Shown: in pieces, positions 28,325-36,830 of the stretch
Numbering within the stretch: position 1 is the first letter of the stretch
Layout: every line of letters begins with the position of its first letter
Made by a program: the position numbers and the translations under genes
Assembly: GCA_963771075.1 (NCBI GenBank)
Contig: CAVYSE010000028.1
Coordinates: 192,001-256,000, forward strand
Direction: 5' to 3'
DNA: 64,000 nt
Origin: a candidate division FCPU426 bacterium
GTDB taxonomy: Bacteria > Oederibacteriota > Muellerivitia > Muellerivitales > Muellerivitaceae
The notes under the pieces: generated by a model
The model's input: the letters and a program-made list of their open reading frames with translations, nothing else
Told to the model about the DNA's origin: nothing
Database searches by the model: none

Positions 28325-29038
28325 ATGTTATTCATCACCTTCACCGAAGACACACCCACTTCCAAGCGCATTCCCTACGCCAATACCTTCATGATTCTCT
28401 TGAATATCGGCTTGGCTTTTTACACTCTGGACCGAACCGATTTTCTCCAGATCCTCGACCGCTTCGGGTTTATACCCGCCCGGCATCTTTCCTACAGCCT
28501 CATCACCGGCCTTTTTCTCCATAGCAGTTGGGCGCAGTTGGTGGCCAACATGACCTTTCTTTTCATGTTCGGGAGAGGGGTGGAAAAAGAATGGGGACCC
28601 GGCCGGTACTTCCTGGCTTACCTGGCCTGCGGTATCGCGGGAGAATTCACCCACCGTTATTTCACTCCGAATGGGGTCTTGGCCTTTGTGGGAGCCTCCC
28701 GGGTGGTGACGGGACTGGGCGTCATCTACCTGTTGCATTACCCCTGGGGCCGCATGAAATGGTACATCACCTTTTTTGGGGCGCCCATCGTGGAATTTCC
28801 CTCCCGCACCATCTACACCATGGTTTTATGGGCGGGCGTCCAAGCCGTGATGACCTTCCTGCCTTGGTACCGGTTTTCCCAGCTATTCCCGGCCTTGAAC
28901 CATTTCATCGGGCCCCTCCTGACCATCCACCCCACCGCGGGGACGGCCTGGATCGCCCATTTGGGCGCGGCCCTGGCGGGTCTGATCCTCTTTTTGATCT
29001 TCTCGATGAGTGACATCGGGAAAAAGAAAAGGAGGTAA
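28325..29038 (+). CDS. Rhomboid-family protein with altered active-site motifs
   Basis: FLHSSWAQLVANM, VGASRV and WIAHLG. Confidence 0.8.
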   Translation: MLFITFTEDTPTSKRIPYANTFMILLNIGLAFYTLDRTDFLQILDRFGFIPARHLSYSLITGLFLHSSWAQLVANMTFLFMFGRGVEKEWGPGRYFLAYLACGIAGEFTHRYFTPNGVLAFVGASRVVTGLGVIYLLHYPWGRMKWYITFFGAPIVEFPSRTIYTMVLWAGVQAVMTFLPWYRFSQLFPALNHFIGPLLTIHPTAGTAWIAHLGAALAGLILFLIFSMSDIGKKKRR

Positions 29039-29041
29039 TGG

Positions 29042-29698
29042 GTGTTTTTCGTCTTACCCATTGAGGAGGGAAAGCCCCCCAAGCGGTTCCCCCTTGCCAA
29101 CTGGCTCTTGATCGGCTTGAACTGCTATTTCTTTTACAAGAGCGTCCTACGACCCGATTTCGAAACCTATGTCTGGCGCAACGGGTTTATCCCCGCCCAT
29201 CCCCATCCTTCCGCCATCTTCTCATCCATGTTCTTGCACGCGGGTCTCATGCATCTCTTGGGCAACATGTACTTTCTTTACGTGTTCGGGGACAAGGTGG
29301 AGGACCGGCTGGGTTTCTTCCGTTACTTGTTCGCCTACCTGGCGTGCGGGGTCGTGGCGGTTTGGACGCAATATTCCGTTTCGCCCCATTCCACCATCCC
29401 CATGATCGGGGCCTCGGGGGCCATCTCCGGCATCTGCGCCCTCTATATGATCCTTTTTCCCTGGCAGAAGATGCGTTGGCAGTTCTTCTTTTTGATCTTC
29501 CCCATCTTTTCCATTCCCTCCCGTGCCTTCTTCGTGGTGGGTTTATGGTTTTTGGAACAATACCTTTTGGCGTCCCATTCTTCGGTCAACCAGGGGGGCG
29601 TGGCCTTCTGGGCCCATGTGGGAGGTTTCTTCACGGGGCTGATCCTCACGGCCCTGTTGGACCCGGGACTCAGCCGGAAGGTCCGGCCGAGGGCTTAA
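29042..29698 (+). CDS. Rhomboid intramembrane serine protease
   Basis: HAGLMHLLGNM, IGASGAI and FWAHVGG canonical motifs; SD GGAGG. Confidence 0.92.
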   Translation: MFFVLPIEEGKPPKRFPLANWLLIGLNCYFFYKSVLRPDFETYVWRNGFIPAHPHPSAIFSSMFLHAGLMHLLGNMYFLYVFGDKVEDRLGFFRYLFAYLACGVVAVWTQYSVSPHSTIPMIGASGAISGICALYMILFPWQKMRWQFFFLIFPIFSIPSRAFFVVGLWFLEQYLLASHSSVNQGGVAFWAHVGGFFTGLILTALLDPGLSRKVRPRA

Positions 29699-29752
29699 AG
29701 GAATCCCGTCCCTTCCAGGCCCAACCCTGCGAGCTGTGTTAGAATCCGACCG

Positions 29753-31927
29753 ATGAACACCCCGATCGAGATACGGCCCACTCCTTCCCTTCCCCTCAAG
29801 AAGGGGGAATTTTCCTTCCATCCTTGGGTCCTGTTCGGGATCTTCCTCTCATCCAACACGTTACTTTCCTACTTTCCCTGGCCCAACCCCGTCAAATTAT
29901 GGGTGGGAGTGTTCGGGCTGCTGATCCCGTTCCTTCTGGCCTGTTGGGACCTCACCCAGAAACGAAATGGTTCCGTTCCCACCCCCCTTTCGCCTTTCCG
30001 TGACGAGTTCCTTCCCGAAGGTTGGTTCAAATGGGGTGGGTGGTTCCTCACCCTGGCGATGGTCCTCAGGTTCTGGCAACTCACCACCCTTTCGGTCTGG
30101 CCCCTGGATGACGATGGGTTGGTCGGCTCTATTTCCCAGGGCATGGTGGAGGGGGAGCCTCTGCGCCTCTTCCATGCCTACAATTCCATCCCACCTTTCA
30201 CTTTCATGGGCCTGGCGTTCTTCTTCAGGATTCTGGGGATTTCCCTCTTCTCGCTCTGGCTTTATCCCGCCGTTCTCTCCACGCTGGCGCTGTTCGTCTG
30301 GCGTTGGGCCGCCCGCCGGTTGTTTTCAAGCTCTTACGCCTTTCTTTTCCAGCTGGGAGTGGGCCTGTGTTTCTGGCCTTTGTTCATTGGAAGGTTCGTG
30401 AACTGGGGAGGTCCCCTGTTTCTTGGGGAGGGAGTCTCCTTCCTTCTTTTCTCGTTCTATCTCTCCGGAAACCCTGGAAAACCCCGATCGTTCGCAACCA
30501 TCCTGCTGGGTCTGTCGGTGGGGCTGGGTTTTTACACTTATCACACCTGGGGGGTCGTGGCGGCGGTCCTGGGCCTGGCCGTGACGCTGGACTGTTTGCA
30601 CGCGAAGAGGAAAGATTGGGCCTCCTTTTTCACATTCCTATTGGCGGCGGGCGCAGGCGCCCTTCCCATCGCCTGGAAACTGCTACAAAACCTCGACCCG
30701 ACCTTTTTGAATGCCGTGTGGGCCTTCCAGGGGCATGTCGGTCTGTCCTCTTTCATGGCTCTGGTCTCGAACATCCTCGCCTATTTCTGGGGGCCCATCC
30801 CTTTCGACATTTTTTCCTACAACCCCCTCTGGGGCGGATTCTTCAATCCGGTCACAAGTTCCCTCATCTTTTTGGGTCTTTTAGAATTGGCCCGGGAGAG
30901 GGCACAGGGGTGGGTGCTATTTTTCCTTCTGTCCGGGTTCATTCTTTGGCTTCCGCAGGGCTTGAGCCGGGGCCAGGAATATATGCGGGGAATCCAACTG
31001 ATTCCTGTTTTCGTGTTCCTGCTGGTCCTGGGCGCGCGTTACCTGATCCTCCATCCGCCCGGGAGAACCATCCGCCTGGGGACCTGGGTCCTGGCCCTCC
31101 TATCCCTTTCCCTGGGTTGCGATGGGTATCACCTATTCGGGGCCTACCATCAACGATGGTCGGTCATCCACGACACGGGATTCCAGAACAAGTCCCTGGA
31201 ACGGCAAAGAGCCTTCGAGTTCTTCGACCGGACCAGGGCCCAATGGGGTCCCGGGCTGATCCTGGGCGACTTGACCGACGATATCCATGACCAAACTTTG
31301 GAACTGGCCGCCTGGGAATTCAACGCGTTGGAAAACCCGAAAGCCCCCTCACCCCGGGTGCCCTGGGCGGGCCTCCTCTGCAACGTCCACTACCGGGGAT
31401 ACCTGGCCAAGCTTTTGCCCCAGGCCCAATGGAAGGACCTGGCCACGGATGTCTTCCGCGAGAACGGGGGTTTGATGGCGGGTGTGATCCCGGTCAACTC
31501 GACGAACCTGCCGGTCCTGGCCCGCTGGGCGAAGGCGCAAAAAACCATGCACGGGTTCGCCCAGGAGATCCTCGAGACCCAGCATTCCCCCCATACCGAA
31601 CGATTGCCGGGGCGAATGGCTCCCGCTTACCCGCTCTTCCAGGGCGACCCTTTTTTGGAATCCTGCTTTTGGGAAAAACAGGCGCAGAACTATTTCATGA
31701 ACCGGAAATACGCCGAGATGATCAAGCCCCTCGAGAACGCCCTTCAACTCGGGGTTCCGGAAGCGCATCTTTACAACCGCTTGGGAGTGGCCTGTCTGGC
31801 GACCGGGGATTTCAAAAAAGCCCAATGGGCGCTCGAACACGCCCTGGCATGCCCGGATAACCGGACCTCCGCCGCGTATCTTTATACCCACTACCTGTTG
31901 CCCCGTCAGATCTTGATTGTCCCCTGA
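29753..31927 (+). CDS. GT-C glycosyltransferase with C-terminal TPR, paralog 2
   Basis: RFWQLTTLSVWPLDDDG, YNPLWGGFFNP, FNALENP, DPFLESCFWEK and TPR AHLYNRLG. Confidence 0.8.
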   Translation: MNTPIEIRPTPSLPLKKGEFSFHPWVLFGIFLSSNTLLSYFPWPNPVKLWVGVFGLLIPFLLACWDLTQKRNGSVPTPLSPFRDEFLPEGWFKWGGWFLTLAMVLRFWQLTTLSVWPLDDDGLVGSISQGMVEGEPLRLFHAYNSIPPFTFMGLAFFFRILGISLFSLWLYPAVLSTLALFVWRWAARRLFSSSYAFLFQLGVGLCFWPLFIGRFVNWGGPLFLGEGVSFLLFSFYLSGNPGKPRSFATILLGLSVGLGFYTYHTWGVVAAVLGLAVTLDCLHAKRKDWASFFTFLLAAGAGALPIAWKLLQNLDPTFLNAVWAFQGHVGLSSFMALVSNILAYFWGPIPFDIFSYNPLWGGFFNPVTSSLIFLGLLELARERAQGWVLFFLLSGFILWLPQGLSRGQEYMRGIQLIPVFVFLLVLGARYLILHPPGRTIRLGTWVLALLSLSLGCDGYHLFGAYHQRWSVIHDTGFQNKSLERQRAFEFFDRTRAQWGPGLILGDLTDDIHDQTLELAAWEFNALENPKAPSPRVPWAGLLCNVHYRGYLAKLLPQAQWKDLATDVFRENGGLMAGVIPVNSTNLPVLARWAKAQKTMHGFAQEILETQHSPHTERLPGRMAPAYPLFQGDPFLESCFWEKQAQNYFMNRKYAEMIKPLENALQLGVPEAHLYNRLGVACLATGDFKKAQWALEHALACPDNRTSAAYLYTHYLLPRQILIVP

Positions 31928-31948
31928 CCGGGTGACCGGGGCTGGCGG

Positions 31949-32566
31949 CTACCGGATGGCCTTGTTCAGGAAGTCCATGGCAGAAGGGGCGTCGCTGTAG
32001 CTGAGCATTTCTTTATACCCCTTTCGGTGGAGCGCCTGGACCGCCAAGGCGGGAAAACCCGTGACTTGGAACCGGTTCTCCAAACCCATCACTTCCGGGG
32101 TGTTTTCCGTCTTGGTCTTGATCTCATCGGTGACCTTGACCGGCACGAAAGACCGGTTGATGCGGGCGGCGATTTCCCCGTCCCCGAAAAACTCATTTTC
32201 CATCTTCCGGCACAGGTCGCTCTTCCCATCGGTGAAGAAATAAAGCAGGGCCTTTCCCGTGGCCTGGCTCTCGGCAAGCCCGTCGGATGGGTTCCGCCAT
32301 ACCAGGGTCTCGGGCGCCGTCTTCACCACGTCTACCTCGGCCTTGGGTTCGGGGAATTTCGGGGCGGGGACCGGAGTTTCCTTCGGCAGCAGCTGGGGCG
32401 GTTGGGCCAGTTTGGGCTTTTCCCAATAACCGATGGTTTTTTCCTGGAGGTTCACGAAAACCATCACCAGGGTGATGAATAGGGCGATCGTAAAACCGGC
32501 GAGAGCCCAACTGGCTGCCGGATGCAATTGGGGTTTATCTTTTTTGGGGGGAGTAGACTCGGTCAT
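31949..32566 (-). CDS. Membrane-anchored thioredoxin-like protein (SxxC)
   Basis: One TM helix, W.....G...SQATGKALLYFF..SDLCRKME and FQVTGFP. SD GAGGAGG. Confidence 0.75.
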   Translation of the reverse strand: MTESTPPKKDKPQLHPAASWALAGFTIALFITLVMVFVNLQEKTIGYWEKPKLAQPPQLLPKETPVPAPKFPEPKAEVDVVKTAPETLVWRNPSDGLAESQATGKALLYFFTDGKSDLCRKMENEFFGDGEIAARINRSFVPVKVTDEIKTKTENTPEVMGLENRFQVTGFPALAVQALHRKGYKEMLSYSDAPSAMDFLNKAIR

Positions 32567-32699
32567 GGTTTGCCTCCTCAACGGGTCAAGGTCTAAATGG
32601 CAGTCTTATTGTGGGACTTGATGAAAGTTCCAGCCTATGACCACAGTCATAAACAATGCAACAAAAGAGGCAGGAACTTTTGGTAACTGATTAGAGTCT

Positions 32700-33206
32700 T
32701 TAAAGTTTCCAGGAATATTTCAAAAGGCCGAAGTCCATGCCGCCAATCTGAATATTTCGGGTGCAAGGTTCCAGAACCCCGCCGAGCGCCGTATAGAAAC
32801 CTCGGGATGGGTTTTCTTTCAGGGAATAAAGCACCATACGGTGGTAACCCAAGCCCCGAAGTTTATCGAGGCAGGCGGCAAAAAGCTTTCGGCCTATGCC
32901 TTTTCCCTGGTGTTCCTTCAAAAGATAAATAGCGTACAGCTCGCCCTCGCCGGGTTCCTTTTTTTCCCGCTCGGGTCCACCGCTCACGAACCCCACCAGC
33001 CTTTCCTTCTCCTTCAAGGCCCCGATCAGAAACCTTCCCGCGGGTTCTCGGAACCATTTTTGAAAATCTTCCGTCCGGGTGGAAAGGGCGAGGGAATCCA
33101 GATAGGCGTCCGGAACCAGGCCCCGGTAGGTGCTTTTCCAACTTTCTACATGCACCCGCGCGATTCCTTCCGCGTCCGCCTCGGTCGCCTCCCGAATGAA
33201 AATCAT
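32700..33206 (-). CDS. GNAT N-acetyltransferase
   Basis: IREAT..D...IA.VH..SW..TY, ELYAIYL...QGKGIG and N....FY..LGG. Confidence 0.9.
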   Translation of the reverse strand: MIFIREATEADAEGIARVHVESWKSTYRGLVPDAYLDSLALSTRTEDFQKWFREPAGRFLIGALKEKERLVGFVSGGPEREKKEPGEGELYAIYLLKEHQGKGIGRKLFAACLDKLRGLGYHRMVLYSLKENPSRGFYTALGGVLEPCTRNIQIGGMDFGLLKYSWKL

Positions 33207-33214
33207 TGCGTCTT

Positions 33215-33253
33215 GCCCTTCGATTTACTCAGGGCCTTAAACCTGTCGAAGGG
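33215..33253. repeat. REP-like palindrome between the tandem GNAT genes
   Basis: GCCCTTCGATTTACTCAGGGCCTTAAACCTGTCGAAGGG; CCCTTCGA/TCGAAGGG arms. A related copy lies at 23410. Confidence 0.65.
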
Positions 33254-33265
33254 GGAGGTGTGCAT

Positions 33266-33772
33266 TCAAAGGTTCCAGCGGTAGGAAACCAAGTTCATGG
33301 AATCCGCCCCAAGGGTCATCTTCTTCGTTTCCCCGCCCAGTTTGCCGCCCGCTTTCTCATAAAAACCGCGGGCCTTGCCTTCCCTGAGGACCCAGGTGCG
33401 GGCTTGGTTCCAGCCCATGGAACGGAATCTCTGAAAAGCCTCCTCCAAAAGAAACATTCCAAGGCCTTGCCCCTGATAGGATTCCTGGAGGTACATGCCG
33501 TAAATTTCACCCAGACTGACTTCCTTATTTTCCCGGTCCCGGCCGCCATCCAAGTAACCCACGATCTGGCCCTCCGGTTTTTCGGCCAATAGCACAAAGT
33601 AAGAATACCCAACCGATTGGAAACTTTCCTGAAAGGTTTTCTCGGCGATCGGGTATTGGATGGCCTTCAAGAAGGCGTCGGGCAATAGCCCTTGATAGGT
33701 GGAGTTCCAGACCTGGGTATAGATTCGGCTGATGTCCGGGATATCCTTCGAAGTCGCTAATCGAATGGGCAT
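33266..33772 (-). CDS. GNAT N-acetyltransferase (tandem paralog)
   Basis: IRLAT..D, EIYGMYL...QGQGLG and FYEKAGG. Confidence 0.9.
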   Translation of the reverse strand: MPIRLATSKDIPDISRIYTQVWNSTYQGLLPDAFLKAIQYPIAEKTFQESFQSVGYSYFVLLAEKPEGQIVGYLDGGRDRENKEVSLGEIYGMYLQESYQGQGLGMFLLEEAFQRFRSMGWNQARTWVLREGKARGFYEKAGGKLGGETKKMTLGADSMNLVSYRWNL

Positions 33773-33789
33773 GGCTTTTTACCTCAATT

Positions 33790-36084
33790 CTATTGGGAGG
33801 GCGGAAGGCCGCCTTCCTTTTCGATTTCCTCAAGCATAGTGAGAGCCGACGCCGCCAAGGTACGGTTTCCCGGGGCCTTGAGGGCCTCATTCAGGTCCGC
33901 CCTCGCGGAAGCGAACCGGTTCTTCCTCAGCTCGATGCTTCCCCGTTTGTAAAAGAATTGGGCGCAAGGGTAACCTTCCCGCAGGGCCTGCCCCAAGGCC
34001 TGCTGATCGTTGGGATAGGCCTTGTCCCGGTAAAGAAGGTCGGATGTTTTCTCCCAATAAATGCTCGTCAGGAAAGGATCGTCCTCCAGGAGCGGCTTCA
34101 CTTTCGCGAAATCATTCAAGAGACCCTCGGCTTTCTGAAAATCAGCCAGTTCCAGCCAACCCCAATCCATGTCCCGGAAGGCTGGATAGGCCTCCACCCA
34201 TTGGGCAAACAGGTCCTGGTTGGAATCATCCACCGGGATCACCCCCAACATCTCTCCTCCATCCGCCGCTTGGACGTCTTGATCAACCCAAAACCATTTA
34301 CCTTCGGGAAAGGATTTTTTAAGGAAGGGTTCATAGCAGCTGTTCACGAGAAAAGCCGCCCAGCGAACCTTGTTTTTCGGTAACTTGGGATTCTCCAGGG
34401 CGTTGAAGGCGTAAACCCCGCAGTCCAGGCTTTGGTCATAGGGCATGGAGGTGAAATCGTTGAAAAAATAGCCCGGCCCCCTCGACGATTCTTCCTTGAG
34501 AATTTGGTAAGCCCGGTAGCTATTCATCATTTTAGGGGGCGGCACACCCCTCATCGGCCCCCTGGCCGATTCCAAGTGAAAAAAGTGGGGAGTTGCCAGA
34601 TGGGTCACGTCCAGAACCAATGAAACCGCCAACAGGCTCACCAGCACCATGACCCTTTGGGGTAAGGGGGCCTCTTTCATCAGCCGCAACAAGCCCCAAG
34701 CCGAGCCTAACAAAAGAAAAGGGATCACAAGGACGACGCGGAACATATCCACGTTCATGGAAAATAGCCCGGGCGCCATACAGAGGATGCCTCCCGCCCA
34801 GGCCCACCGGACTTTTGGATTTCGCCGGTGCCGGAAACTTTCCAACAGGCCGAGCCAAAAAGCGCCCGTCAGGATGGGGTTGAACATTCCTCCCCAAACG
34901 GGCGCGTAGGCGGGTTGGGCCTCAAAAACCCCCCAGAAGGGTGCGGTCAGGTATGAAAAAAAAGCCAATACCCCCTTGGCCAGGGGCATATCGCCCTGAC
35001 CCGAGGAGACCGCGAATATAGGGTGGCCAAACCCCTCGATGAAGACGGCTCGAAAAAAGGGTATGAGGCAAACAATGAAAAAGAGTGCGAAAACCATTAA
35101 TGGGGTTTTGGATTTTTTACCATGGATTGTTTCCAGCGTGACGACGCCTAGGATCCAGAGCGCGAAAATCGGCCAAGGCGTGAAGGTCAAGGACCCGAAA
35201 CCCGCGACCAGACCCAACAAAGCGCCCCGCCCAATGCGCGCGAGTTGAGTTTTGGCTTTCAGATAAAAACCCAAAGCCGCCAAGGCCAGACATTCCCACA
35301 GCGGGAGGAGTACTCCCGGATGGCAAAACCGCCCATAAAAAAAGGGCCAGAAGGAGAGGCCCCAAAGGGTAAAGGCCATAAAGGCGGTGGAACGCGAGAC
35401 AAGGGGACGAAAAGCGAAATAGCAGAGGAAAAAGGCAAGGGTTGAAAGGCAGGCCGGCAAAAGCCAAAGGCCCATCAGGAGGTCTGCCATTTTGGCGGAG
35501 AAAAAACAGAAGAGCCAATGGATACCGGGGGGTATCTGGTTATAAAAAAAACTCCACTGCCGGTGATTGAAAAGGTCCAACCCGAAACGGGCCACCAGGC
35601 CCTCATCGGTGTTGGGCCAGACCGGCCAGGTGGTGAGGTCGGCGAAGCGCAAGTCGATCGCCAACGCCAGGATCGGAAGGATCACCCAATAGGAGGAACG
35701 GGGGAGGATTTCCTCCTCGATTAACAACACTCCCCGAACGGCTGGCTCTCGGATGATCCGAAGAAGGGTCCAGACAAAGGGAAGGAGGATGCCGAACAGG
35801 CCCAATTCCATCTTGATCGTGAGGGAAAGGGGTGCATAGGAAAGGAGGACGCTTGTCAGGGTAAAAAGTCCGTAGAGAAGCCATGCGTGGCGAAACAAAA
35901 CCGGCCTGATGGATGTCGCTTTGGACTTCAACCTCGACCTCATTCGTATTGATTCGTTTGGAGGTCTAAGGTTTTTTCCCTTTCGATCCCCCTTCATCAA
36001 GGGCCATGATACCCTTTTCCATTTCGTCCTGAGGCTCTCAAAGGGCCATTCATAAAGGCGGTCCATGGCCTTGCCCCCCGCCAT
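33790..36084 (-). CDS. GT-C glycosyltransferase with C-terminal TPR, paralog 3
   Basis: RFADLTTWPVWPNTDEG, YAPVWGGMFNP, FNALENP and DPFLTSIYWEK. The true start could be ATG 35943. Confidence 0.8.
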   Translation of the reverse strand: MAGGKAMDRLYEWPFESLRTKWKRVSWPLMKGDRKGKNLRPPNESIRMRSRLKSKATSIRPVLFRHAWLLYGLFTLTSVLLSYAPLSLTIKMELGLFGILLPFVWTLLRIIREPAVRGVLLIEEEILPRSSYWVILPILALAIDLRFADLTTWPVWPNTDEGLVARFGLDLFNHRQWSFFYNQIPPGIHWLFCFFSAKMADLLMGLWLLPACLSTLAFFLCYFAFRPLVSRSTAFMAFTLWGLSFWPFFYGRFCHPGVLLPLWECLALAALGFYLKAKTQLARIGRGALLGLVAGFGSLTFTPWPIFALWILGVVTLETIHGKKSKTPLMVFALFFIVCLIPFFRAVFIEGFGHPIFAVSSGQGDMPLAKGVLAFFSYLTAPFWGVFEAQPAYAPVWGGMFNPILTGAFWLGLLESFRHRRNPKVRWAWAGGILCMAPGLFSMNVDMFRVVLVIPFLLLGSAWGLLRLMKEAPLPQRVMVLVSLLAVSLVLDVTHLATPHFFHLESARGPMRGVPPPKMMNSYRAYQILKEESSRGPGYFFNDFTSMPYDQSLDCGVYAFNALENPKLPKNKVRWAAFLVNSCYEPFLKKSFPEGKWFWVDQDVQAADGGEMLGVIPVDDSNQDLFAQWVEAYPAFRDMDWGWLELADFQKAEGLLNDFAKVKPLLEDDPFLTSIYWEKTSDLLYRDKAYPNDQQALGQALREGYPCAQFFYKRGSIELRKNRFASARADLNEALKAPGNRTLAASALTMLEEIEKEGGLPPSQ

Positions 36085-36128
36085 GGAATCAATCTTGTCG
36101 GTGTTATGTCCCCGCCGTCAAAACGACC

Positions 36129-36503
36129 CTATTTTTTATTGCGGAATTTGACTTCAGGGAGACCCTCAAAGTCGGCGTCTTGGGTCCAAACCTTCGCCCC
36201 ATGTTCTTTTGCCGTCGCCAGGATAATGCTGTCGGCCATGGGAAGCTTATGTTTTAAACTCAGGGAAGCCGCCCGGATGGATAGGGGGGCCGTCAAGTCC
36301 ACCACTAATCCCTGTCGCATGGCCGCGGTCTTTTCCAAGGCTTCCTTTTTGCCGCTTTGGCGAAGGAGGGATTTAAAGACTTCATAGAGGCAGATTGAGG
36401 GCACAACCAGGCGTTTCGGGTCCTCGATGGCGGGGGCGAAAAAGCCGGCGTTCGGCCCCCCCGCGAAATATTCCAGCCAGGCGGAGGAATCCACCACGTT
36501 CAT
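36129..36503 (-). CDS. vapC: PIN-domain toxin
   Basis: VVDSSAWLEY, LYEV, MADSIILATA and WTQDADF motifs. Confidence 0.9.
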   Translation of the reverse strand: MNVVDSSAWLEYFAGGPNAGFFAPAIEDPKRLVVPSICLYEVFKSLLRQSGKKEALEKTAAMRQGLVVDLTAPLSIRAASLSLKHKLPMADSIILATAKEHGAKVWTQDADFEGLPEVKFRNKK

Positions 36504-36709
36504 ACGCGGTCTTCCCTATCGCGGGGAACATCCGTGTCAATGCCCTTGAGGGATCCCCTGAGGGAGCGCACATCCTTGACGGGCACGAATTCCAGGCAGC
36601 CCTCGAATTCGATGACATCGAATTTTTGGCCGGGCTTTATTTTCATGCCCTTGCGGACCAATTCGGGGATGACGACCTGGTATTTAGGGGAAACGGTCAC
36701 GGTACTCAT
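36500..36709 (-). CDS. AbrB/MazE-family antitoxin
   Basis: VSPKYQVVIPELVR..I.PG motif; 4-nt overlap with the toxin gene; SD GGAGG. Confidence 0.9.
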   Translation of the reverse strand: MSTVTVSPKYQVVIPELVRKGMKIKPGQKFDVIEFEGCLEFVPVKDVRSLRGSLKGIDTDVPRDREDRV

Positions 36710-36718
36710 CAAACCTCC

Positions 36719-36755
36719 ATCGATCTACTTACCGTCATACGGTAACATGATCGAT
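36719..36755. promoter_or_regulatory. Palindromic operator upstream of the toxin-antitoxin operon
   Basis: ATCGATC-TAC-TTACCGT-CAT-ACGGTAA-CAT-GATCGAT. Confidence 0.65.
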
Positions 36756-36830
36756 AAAATTTCTCAAGTTGAGCCTTTAAAATCTCAATAAACAAGTCAA
36801 CTCCATAAATCGAAAATTGAATGGATCGGG

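Noticed and set aside
30304..31290. 328-aa alternate-frame ORF
   Set aside because: Lies inside a GT-C gene; Arg/Pro/Gly-rich off-frame composition.
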